This document shows, piece after piece, positions 27,189-34,253 of a DNA stretch of 40,576 nucleotides. Origin of the DNA: Candidatus Micrarchaeota archaeon (GTDB lineage Archaea > B1Sed10-29 > JAJRYS01); contig CAZXTN010000004.1 of the NCBI GenBank assembly GCA_964643685.1, forward strand, positions 1 through 40,576. The letters run 5' to 3'. The position numbers and the translations under genes were made by a program. Positions within the stretch are counted from its first letter, which is position 1; every line of letters begins with the position of its first letter. The notes below the pieces were generated by a model. That model was not told where the DNA came from. It saw nothing but the letters and a program-made list of their open reading frames with translations, and ran no database searches.

Positions 27189-27707
27189 TCAACCGTCCAA
27201 ATAAATGTTTAAGAAAGCTATGCAGTGGCTTGCTATGTATGATTTTGAGCCTATGTTTGCTTTTTTTACGCTTTCAGGCAAGGAATAATCTCCGTATCCC
27301 TTGTCATCTCCTATTATGAAAACAGGGTTTTCAGGCAGTTTCATTTCAGTTATTTTTTCTCCGCTTGCATCTAAGAAAATTTTATCCTCTTCTTTGAATT
27401 GGCTAAGAATGTCCTGAAACCCTTGCTCTAATAATCTTATTCCTGGAAACTTTCTGCCTGCGAGAGTGTGTTTGATAAATGAAGCTACGTTTCTCTCATC
27501 AATGTTCATGTTTCTGAAAGGAGGCTTGTAATGAAGCACTTTGTTGTTATTGAAGCACAGGTAAAGCTGTGCATCTTCTCTTATTTCATGGTCAATCCAG
27601 AACACAGTGCTGATTATTCTCGCAACCATGTCTATCCTGTTTTGAGTCAAGTTGTTCAGTTCAAAATCTTCTAAAGGATGATTGATTTTTAGAATGAATG
27701 TCCTCAT
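27189..27707 (-). CDS. trmY: tRNA (pseudouridine54-N1)-methyltransferase (SPOUT)
   Basis: MRTFI, RIDMVAR, DERN, FIIGDDKG, IGSKSYIASHCI; adjacent to pus10. Confidence 0.88.
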   Translation of the reverse strand: MRTFILKINHPLEDFELNNLTQNRIDMVARIISTVFWIDHEIREDAQLYLCFNNNKVLHYKPPFRNMNIDERNVASFIKHTLAGRKFPGIRLLEQGFQDILSQFKEEDKIFLDASGEKITEMKLPENPVFIIGDDKGYGDYSLPESVKKANIGSKSYIASHCIAFLNIYLDG

Positions 27708-29020
27708 AACTTAAATCCACCTGCTTGGAATTTTTTCATCAACTGATTCATGTTCCTTAACTTGCCTTTCTTGAATTTTTTAATCATCTTCTTTCCTGCT
27801 TCAAACTGTTTCAGTAATTCTTTAACTTCTTTTTCAGTAGTGCCTGAACCCCTTGCTATTCTCTTTACTCTTGATGACTTGATTTCATTTGGGTTCTCTT
27901 TTTCATATTTAGTCATTGAATCCATGATTACTTTGAATTTTTTCATCTTCTCCTCGCTTTGCTCTGCCAAGCCCACTGTCGCTGCGCCACCTAGCCCCAT
28001 CATTTCAAGTATTTTCTTCATTGAACCCATTTTCTTAGTTGCTTCCAGCTGCTTATAGAAAGCGTTCAAGTCATAATCGCCGCTCATTAAGTCCTCTGGA
28101 TTGAAGTCAGTTTCTTCAACTGCTTCTTTCATCTTCTCAACTAAGGAGCCTATGTCAGGAACTCCTAGCAAGCGCCCTATGAATTTTTCAGCATTGAATA
28201 CTTCAAAGTCATCTACTTTTTCCCCTGTTCCAATGAATGCAACTGGCACTTTTGCAACATGGCATGCTGAAAGAGCACCTCCTGCTTTTCCACTTGCATC
28301 TGCTTTAGTGGCAATGACTCCTGTCAAGCCAACTGCTTCATTAAATTCGGTTGCCTGCTTCACTGCTGTCTGTCCAATGTCAGAGGAAATAACTAAGAAC
28401 ACTTCATCTGGCTTCAATTCTTGCTTTATTCTTCTTATTTCGTCAATCAATTCTTCATTTAAAGAATCCCTTCCAGCAGAGTCAACTATTATCAAGTTTG
28501 CATTTTTTGCTTTTTCTAACCCTTGTTTTAAAATTTTCAAAGCATCTTTTTCCTCCGGATTCCCGTATGCAGGCACGTTAATTTGACTGCCTATCTGCTT
28601 CAATTGCTCGTATGCAGCTGGACGCCAAGTGTCAGTTGTTATCATTGCCGGCTTCAAGCCTCTTTTTGAATAGAACTTTGCCAACTTACCTGCTGTTGTT
28701 GTTTTACCGCTTCCATACAACCCAACTAGGAGTATCTTATGCGGTTCTATTCTTGGAACATACTGCTGTTCACCAAGTATTTCAACTAACGCGTCGTATA
28801 CTGTTTTTGTCAAATGCTCTTTCCTGGATATTCCAGGAGGAAGCTCTTGGCTTAATGCTTCTTTTTTTATCTTGTTTGAAATTTCCTGCACTAACTTTAT
28901 ATTTACATCTGAAGAAATAAGGACTCTTTGAAGTTCCTTGATTATTTCTTTGACTGCTTTTTCGTCTATTACTGAAGCCCCTGTTATTTTTCCAAACACT
29001 TCTTTTATTTTACCGAACAT
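27704..29020 (-). CDS. srp54: signal recognition particle 54 kDa protein
   Basis: GLYGSGKTTT, DTWRPAA, DSAGR, TKAD, M-domain IMDSMT..SRVKRIARGSG; ATG at 29020 avoids overlap with ftsY. Confidence 0.96.
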   Translation of the reverse strand: MFGKIKEVFGKITGASVIDEKAVKEIIKELQRVLISSDVNIKLVQEISNKIKKEALSQELPPGISRKEHLTKTVYDALVEILGEQQYVPRIEPHKILLVGLYGSGKTTTAGKLAKFYSKRGLKPAMITTDTWRPAAYEQLKQIGSQINVPAYGNPEEKDALKILKQGLEKAKNANLIIVDSAGRDSLNEELIDEIRRIKQELKPDEVFLVISSDIGQTAVKQATEFNEAVGLTGVIATKADASGKAGGALSACHVAKVPVAFIGTGEKVDDFEVFNAEKFIGRLLGVPDIGSLVEKMKEAVEETDFNPEDLMSGDYDLNAFYKQLEATKKMGSMKKILEMMGLGGAATVGLAEQSEEKMKKFKVIMDSMTKYEKENPNEIKSSRVKRIARGSGTTEKEVKELLKQFEAGKKMIKKFKKGKLRNMNQLMKKFQAGGFKL

Positions 29021-29028
29021 TTTAGTTT

Positions 29029-30261
29029 TCACTCTTCTTCGAATAGTTTTTTCATGAACCATTTCTTGTTGAATTTTGTCAAGTCGCTTAATTCCTGCCC
29101 TGTGCCCATGAACAGAATTGGCTTTTTGGTTTCATATGAAATTGACAAGATGCTTCCTCCTTTCACGTCAGCATCTGTTTTAGTCATTATTATGCCGTCA
29201 ATGTCAATGATTTCATTGAATCTTTTTGCTTCTTCAACTGCAGCGTTTCCAGCAAGAGCTTCGCCTACATAAATTTTCAAGTCAGGCTTAGCAACTCGCA
29301 CTATTTTTTTCAGCTGCTCCATTAAGTTGGTATTCAACTCGCTTCTGCCAGCAGTGTCTATTAACACGACGTCTATTTGCTTTGCCTGCGCGTGCTTTAC
29401 TGCGTCGAAGCATACTGCTGCTGGGTCTGCTCCGTACTGGTGTTTTATAACTTTTGTTTCTAGTTTCTCTCCCCATTTTTCAAGCTGTTCAATTGAAGCT
29501 GCTCTGAAAGTGTCAGCTGCTGCTAAGACAGTTGAAAAATTGCTCTGCTTCAAGTAATAAGTGAGTTTTGCTATGCTTGTTGTTTTCCCATGCCCGTTCG
29601 GGCCTACAAACATTATTACAAAAGGCCTTTCTTGCTTTGATTTTATTTTTTCAATCAATTCAAATGAAGGTTGTATTAAGATGTTTTCAACTGATTCTTT
29701 CAATGCGTTTAGGGTTAGTTGTCTTACATCCTGCGATGAAGTGATTTCTTTCCCAACTAGTTTTTCCTTTATTTCTTGCGTGATTTTTTCAGCTACGTTG
29801 ACTGATACGTCTGCTTCAAGCAGTTCAAGGTAAAAATCCCATAAAAGGGATTCAACATCTTCTTCTTTTATGACTGCTTTTCTGAGAATTGCTTTTTTCA
29901 ATTTAGTGGATAAAGTTAGTTTTGGAGCGAGTTTTTTCTTTGGCTCTTCTTTTTTTTGTTGCTTGTTCTTTTCCTTTTTTTCTTTATGCTCTTCTTTTTT
30001 TTCAGGTTCTTGTTTTTCTTGCTGTTCTTTTTTTACTTCTTCAGTTATTTCAAGAAGAGCTTTGCTTTCGCTTCTTTGAATTGCCTCTTCTGCTGCTTCT
30101 TTTTCCTCTGTTGTTGGCTGCGTCTCTTTTTTTATTTCTTGTAGGGCTTCAGTTGAGCTTGTTTCTTGCTGCACTTGTTCTGATTGCTGTAATTTTTTTT
30201 CTATTTTCTCTTCTTCTTTTTGGAAGAAGTTGTTTAACTTTTTTTTGAGAAAATCAAAGAT
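29029..30261 (-). CDS. ftsY: SRP receptor FtsY (probable non-AUG start at 30261; track start GTG 30174)
   Basis: GPNGHGKTT, DTFRAA, DTAGR, TKTDAD.KGG; in-frame upstream extension (I)FDFLKKKLNNFF follows SD AGGTGA. Confidence 0.93.
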   Translation of the reverse strand: MFDFLKKKLNNFFQKEEEKIEKKLQQSEQVQQETSSTEALQEIKKETQPTTEEKEAAEEAIQRSESKALLEITEEVKKEQQEKQEPEKKEEHKEKKEKNKQQKKEEPKKKLAPKLTLSTKLKKAILRKAVIKEEDVESLLWDFYLELLEADVSVNVAEKITQEIKEKLVGKEITSSQDVRQLTLNALKESVENILIQPSFELIEKIKSKQERPFVIMFVGPNGHGKTTSIAKLTYYLKQSNFSTVLAAADTFRAASIEQLEKWGEKLETKVIKHQYGADPAAVCFDAVKHAQAKQIDVVLIDTAGRSELNTNLMEQLKKIVRVAKPDLKIYVGEALAGNAAVEEAKRFNEIIDIDGIIMTKTDADVKGGSILSISYETKKPILFMGTGQELSDLTKFNKKWFMKKLFEEE

Positions 30262-30273
30262 AATTAATCACCT

Positions 30274-30687
30274 TTAATTTGTTTGCCTGTATTCCTGCAC
30301 TTTTTTAGCCAGCTCGTAGTAGTCTTTTTCCATTTGTTCTATTGTTTGCGTAAGCTTTTCAATGTTTTCTTGTATGTCTTTTTCTCTTGCTTCAAGTGTT
30401 TGCATTATTTCTTTAATGGGCTTTTCAACTATTACTCCTTCTCCTACTTCTATTAACGCGTTTTCCTGCTTGTTTATCTTTGTAGTTATGAACACTCCTG
30501 AGCCTATTGGTGTTTTTGTCTGCGTTTCTTTTTCAAGCTTTGATGTTTCTTTTAGTGTGTTTATTGCTGTTGCTGTTTCTATGAGTATCTTGTTTAGTGA
30601 TTGTATGTTTTGCTGTATTGCTGGAAGTTGCTGTTCTATTGCCCTTATTTTAATAACTGCTTCTTGTATTTCTTTTTCTTTGCTCAT
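30274..30687 (-). CDS. pfdA: prefoldin subunit alpha
   Basis: Coiled coils flanking PIGSGVF..IEVGEGVIVEK; conserved position before ftsY. Confidence 0.92.
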   Translation of the reverse strand: MSKEKEIQEAVIKIRAIEQQLPAIQQNIQSLNKILIETATAINTLKETSKLEKETQTKTPIGSGVFITTKINKQENALIEVGEGVIVEKPIKEIMQTLEAREKDIQENIEKLTQTIEQMEKDYYELAKKVQEYRQTN

Positions 30688-30711
30688 TTTTTTAACACCT
30701 CTTCCTTTTTT

Positions 30712-31344
30712 TTAATCGTATATGAATATGTCGTCTATTCTGTTTAGTTCAGGTCCTGTTGTCTGCGTGCTGACTATCAATCCTTTTTTGTTTCCAATTA
30801 TTGCTGATTTTACGAAAGGGTCTCCCATGTTTACTGTTCCTATTCCTCCAGGCACTTTGAAAATTTTTTCAAGTTTTTTGATTTCGTTTTCTTCAGCGTC
30901 TCTGTGGGCTATGAATGCAATGTTGTTGACATAGACAGCGCTTCCTATCAAGTCAGTTCCTGCTATTTTCAGGCCTTCTTTTTTCAATTCTTCTGAAAGG
31001 GCTGTTGAAATTGCCATTCCCCTGTCATTCATTGCTATTAGGTTTCCAACTGCTGTGCTTTTTTTGCTTATTACAATGACTTCTGAGAAAAAATCTTCTA
31101 TTCTTTTTTTCTCTTCTTTTTCTATTATTGAAGGGAGTATTGCTTTTTTGTTGTTTGCAGCCATTAAGACTCCTATGAGTCCTGACTGGGCGATTGTTGT
31201 TTTTATCACGTCAACTTCTAGTTTTTCTTTTATTTCTTTTTCTAATTTTTTTGAAATTGATGGTGAAACAAAAGCGTGATTGTCATTCACTAGGCAAAAT
31301 ACTCCTATATGAGGGGAACCATTGTAATCTGCTCTTGTTATCAT
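30712..31344 (-). CDS. eif6: translation initiation factor 6
   Basis: GSPHIGVF, GTVNMG, TTGPELNRI. Confidence 0.94.
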   Translation of the reverse strand: MITRADYNGSPHIGVFCLVNDNHAFVSPSISKKLEKEIKEKLEVDVIKTTIAQSGLIGVLMAANNKKAILPSIIEKEEKKRIEDFFSEVIVISKKSTAVGNLIAMNDRGMAISTALSEELKKEGLKIAGTDLIGSAVYVNNIAFIAHRDAEENEIKKLEKIFKVPGGIGTVNMGDPFVKSAIIGNKKGLIVSTQTTGPELNRIDDIFIYD

Positions 31345-31389
31345 ATTTTATCAGCACCTTTTGTTTAGAATTAGGTTTTTAATTAAATT

Positions 31390-31463
31390 AAAACTCTTTG
31401 GTTTTAAAAGAAGCTTCTTGCTTCCTCTTTAAAAAAAGCAAGGGAAAAAAGCGAGGCGAACCC
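31390..31463 (-). repeat. intergenic hairpin element related to 446-511 / 545-598
   Basis: Minus strand TTCGCCTCGC-TTTTTTCCC-TTGCTT...AAGCAAG, then TTTTAAAACCAAAGAGTTTT (compare 129-151). Confidence 0.45.
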
Positions 31464-31477
31464 TATTCCTGTAGGCA

Positions 31478-31900
31478 TTAGTTCTTGACAGGGTAAGCTG
31501 TTGCTTTTGTCTCTGTTATTTTTACTTTTATTTTCACTTTCCTAGGTGGGTTTCTTGCGCTGTTTTTCCACATTTCCTGGTTCATTGTTTCATGCAGTTT
31601 TGGCTCTTTTTTAGTGTGTCTTTTTATTAAGCTCTTTAGCACTTTGACAGCTGTTCTTGTTCTTTTCTGTCTTGGCGCTTTCCATGCTTCTTTTAAGTTG
31701 AAAGTGTAAATTTTTTCTTCGATTACTTTTTCTTCTTTTTTCTGCTTTTGCTTCTTCTCCTGTTTTTCCACTTCTTTCTTAGTGTCCTCTGCTTTCTTTT
31801 CAGCAGGGGTTTTTGCTTCTTCTGCTTTTTTTTTCTCAGCTTCTTTCTGTTCTTTCATTATTGCTTTTGCTTCTTTTGTTACTTCTGCATCTTTTGCCAT
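31478..31900 (-). CDS. rpl31e: 50S ribosomal protein L31e with charged N-terminal extension
   Basis: EKIYTFNL, KRTRTAVK, MNQEMW, NPPRKVKIK. Confidence 0.93.
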   Translation of the reverse strand: MAKDAEVTKEAKAIMKEQKEAEKKKAEEAKTPAEKKAEDTKKEVEKQEKKQKQKKEEKVIEEKIYTFNLKEAWKAPRQKRTRTAVKVLKSLIKRHTKKEPKLHETMNQEMWKNSARNPPRKVKIKVKITETKATAYPVKN

Positions 31901-31925
31901 TTTTTAATCACCTTTGAATGAAGAA

Positions 31926-32174
31926 TTAGTACTTCTTTTTTTTGGTTTTTACTTTTGGCTTGCGTAGCGGTTTTGTTGACTTCACGTATTTTTCTGACAT
32001 TTTTTGCTTTTTCTTTATTTTCTTGCCTAACTTTCCGCTTCTCCAGTGCCTTGTTCTGCCTTGTATCCAGTCTCTTGTCTTGGTTTTTAAATAAACCCAG
32101 ACCGGTGCTCTTTCGTTCTTGTTAATTTCTCTTGATAAGTATTTCTTTTTTTCACTTGTTTTGTTTTTAGCCAT
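31926..32174 (-). CDS. rpl39e: 50S ribosomal protein L39e with Lys-rich C-terminal extension
   Basis: MAKNKT..KK, N.RAPVWVYLKT, RHWR. Confidence 0.92.
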   Translation of the reverse strand: MAKNKTSEKKKYLSREINKNERAPVWVYLKTKTRDWIQGRTRHWRSGKLGKKIKKKQKMSEKYVKSTKPLRKPKVKTKKKKY

Positions 32175-32187
32175 TGTTTACAACTCC

Positions 32188-32613
32188 TTACTCTTTTTTG
32201 TTTTTTTTGATTTCAAGAACTGTTTTGTGTATTAATGACTGTCCTTTTGAAGTTATGCTTCTTCCTGTCTTGTCTTTTTTAACTAATCCTGCTGATTCAA
32301 GCTGCTGCAATGCTTTTCTTATGATGTTTGTTGAAGCGTCTGCATGATGTTCTGGTTTTGAGCCTCTGTTTTTTCTACCACCATACCATGTTGCTAGTTT
32401 GCCTACTCCTACTTTTCCTTCTATGTAAACTTTTCTTAGCACTGAAGCTGTTCTTGTGTACCACCAGTCTTTTTGAGATGGCTTTCTTTCAACATGAGCT
32501 CCTGTTTTCACATGCTCGCTCCATTGAGGTGGATTTATCTTTTCATTTTGCTTCAGCTTCTCAGCTAGTTTTTTAATAAGCGTTTGTGCTGGAACATCTT
32601 GTGCTGATACCAT
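32188..32613 (-). CDS. rps19e: 30S ribosomal protein S19e
   Basis: PQWSEHVKTG, DWWYTRTASVLRK, YGG, IIRKALQQLE. Confidence 0.97.
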   Translation of the reverse strand: MVSAQDVPAQTLIKKLAEKLKQNEKINPPQWSEHVKTGAHVERKPSQKDWWYTRTASVLRKVYIEGKVGVGKLATWYGGRKNRGSKPEHHADASTNIIRKALQQLESAGLVKKDKTGRSITSKGQSLIHKTVLEIKKNKKE

Positions 32614-32617
32614 TTGC

Positions 32618-32881
32618 TTAATCCTCCTTTTTCTTGGCTAAAATAAATGTTAATCCTTTTTTTTCAATTAACTTTGAATTTGTTTCTTTAAGAATTTGAT
32701 TAAGTGTCTGTTCAAATTCGTCGCGTATGATTTTTAGAATTTTAACCTTTATATACCCTTTTGTTTTAAGCTGCGCTTTCACTTCTTTAATTAAAGCCTG
32801 AGTTGTTTTGTTTTTACCAACCCAAATGCTTGGCTTCAGCTCATTCAACTCTTTTTTTGTAATCTCATTGCTTTTTTTCAT
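32618..32881 (-). CDS. YhbY/CRM RNA-binding protein
   Basis: LKPSIWVGKN, EVKAQLK...IKVKIL; conserved position between rnp4 and rps19e. Confidence 0.88.
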   Translation of the reverse strand: MKKSNEITKKELNELKPSIWVGKNKTTQALIKEVKAQLKTKGYIKVKILKIIRDEFEQTLNQILKETNSKLIEKKGLTFILAKKKED

Positions 32882-33207
32882 TTTCTTTCCTTCTTTTTTT
32901 CACCTGCTCCTATCACTGTTTGGTTTCCGCAATGCAAGCAAGTTATTTTAAACAAGGGTTTTTTCGGAATCTTCCTTATTTTCATGTTCTCTGAAGTGAA
33001 GTAAGTGAAGCAGTTCCTGCAGAACCTGTGCTTGTGCTTGCCTAGCCTTACTTTGTATTTCCTGCTTATTTTAAAAGCTAGTTCAGAGTACCTTCTGCTT
33101 CTTTCAGGATGGCTTAGCTTGTTTTCTTCAGCCAAGCTCATTAACTCATCTATTCTTTCTTGGGCGTATTTTTTCACCCAGTTTGGTTTTTTCTTTTTTT
33201 TAGCCAT
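32878..33207 (-). CDS. rnp4: ribonuclease P protein subunit Rpp21
   Basis: AQERIDEL, RRY, FCRNC...CLHCG zinc ribbon. Confidence 0.92.
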   Translation of the reverse strand: MAKKKKKPNWVKKYAQERIDELMSLAEENKLSHPERSRRYSELAFKISRKYKVRLGKHKHRFCRNCFTYFTSENMKIRKIPKKPLFKITCLHCGNQTVIGAGEKKKERK

Positions 33208-33225
33208 AAAAATCAAGAAGAAGCA

Positions 33226-33377
33226 AATAAAGTGCGCCGACGGGGACCTTCAGCAAACTTTGAAAAAAGTCAATCGCAATCTGCGATTGCTCAAACCTTT
33301 GCTAACGCAAAGTTTGCATCAAACCCAACGGCATAAAGCCGTAAACCCTCAACGCGAATAAAGTGCGCCGACGGGGA
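33226..33377 (-). mobile_element. tRNA-Gly(TCC) 3'-end duplication cassette
   Basis: 21-bp direct repeat AATAAAGTGCGCCGACGGGGA at 33226-33246 and 33357-33377 encloses 110 bp of hairpins. Mobility is inferred. Confidence 0.6.
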
Positions 33378-33467
33378 TTCGAACCCCGGCCATTGGCTTT
33401 TTTCACGCAACAGCGAACAAACCGAAGCGCTTGGAAGGCCAAGATCATACCACTAGACTATCGGCGC
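33364..33467 (-). tRNA. tRNA-Gly(TCC) with canonical 37/38 intron 33399-33431
   Basis: Minus strand GCGCCGATAGTCTAGTGGTATGATC-TTGGC-CTTCCA|33 nt|A-GCCAA..CGGGGTTCGAATCCCCG-TCGGCGC-A. Confidence 0.93.
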
Positions 33468-33477
33468 ATTTTAAATT

Positions 33478-33933
33478 TTACCTGAACCTTTTTAATTTCT
33501 TTGCTTTTTCTTCCTCTTCTTTTTTTCTTTCAAGGTAATTAATAGTTGTTATTATTGTATCTGCTGTTTGGAAAGGAGCTTCTCTTGCATCCCTCTCGCT
33601 TACTCTTATTACCTCAGCTCCTCTTTTTTCTATCTCTTCTCTTCTTTTTTTATCATACTCTTGTCTTGAATCATGGCTTCTTCCTTCTACTTCTATAACA
33701 TATGTCCTTCCATTTTTGGTTATGACAATATCAGTTACATAAGGACCTACATTTACCTGCTTGTAATGTTTTATCCCTTTTTTTTCAAGTGCTTTTGATA
33801 ACCTCTTTTCTCCTTCTGTAACTATTGCTTTTCCTCTTTTTTCTGCATTAATCCTTCTTCTCTTTTCTTCTTCTCTTCTTCTCCATTCATCTTCTTTCTG
33901 TTGTTTTTTCCTAAGCCATGCTGGTTTTGACAT
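33478..33933 (-). CDS. DUF559 / Vsr-like endonuclease-domain protein
   Basis: TEGEKRL..L...G...Q...GPYVTD...IEVEG.SH...YD..R...G.EVIR pattern. Confidence 0.85.
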   Translation of the reverse strand: MSKPAWLRKKQQKEDEWRRREEEKRRRINAEKRGKAIVTEGEKRLSKALEKKGIKHYKQVNVGPYVTDIVITKNGRTYVIEVEGRSHDSRQEYDKKRREEIEKRGAEVIRVSERDAREAPFQTADTIITTINYLERKKEEEEKAKKLKRFR

Positions 33934-33961
33934 TTTTTCACTTCTTTTAAATTTTAATCAA

Positions 33962-34095
33962 AGTGGGTCTGCCCAGATCTTCACCGAACCGCGGGGGACT
34001 TGGCTGTCCCCCTCAGTTTTAGGGAATTCCGGATCCCCCTGCTGACCACATGCGCTTTGCTTAGTGGTCATTTTTTTGAGTGGGTCTGCCCAGAT
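33962..34095 (-). mobile_element. tRNA-Val(TAC) 3'-end duplication cassette
   Basis: 17-bp direct repeat AGTGGGTCTGCCCAGAT at 33962-33978 and 34079-34095 encloses 100 GC-rich bp with three hairpins. Mobility is inferred. Confidence 0.6.
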
Positions 34096-34223
34096 TTTCT
34101 CTTGCAAGAGAAAAGCTCAAACGAGCTTAACTCATTTGCAGATTTGAACTGGGGATCTTCGCCTTTCCCACAGCTTTTGCAGCTGTTGTAAGGGCGACGT
34201 CCTAACCACTAGACCACAGACCC
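34081..34223 (-). tRNA. tRNA-Val(TAC) with two introns (37/38: 34165-34186; 59/60: 34095-34142)
   Basis: Minus strand GGGTCTG..TCGCC-CTTACA|22 nt|A-GGCGA..CCCAG-TTCAAA|48 nt|T-CTGGG-CAGACCC-A. Confidence 0.92.
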
Positions 34224-34253
34224 AATTAAAAAAGCCCATAGGGCTTTGGTTTT

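Noticed and set aside
34000-34191. 63-aa plus-strand ORF (and 33005-33361)
   Set aside because: Antisense to tRNA-Val, the cassettes or rnp4; no coding signal.
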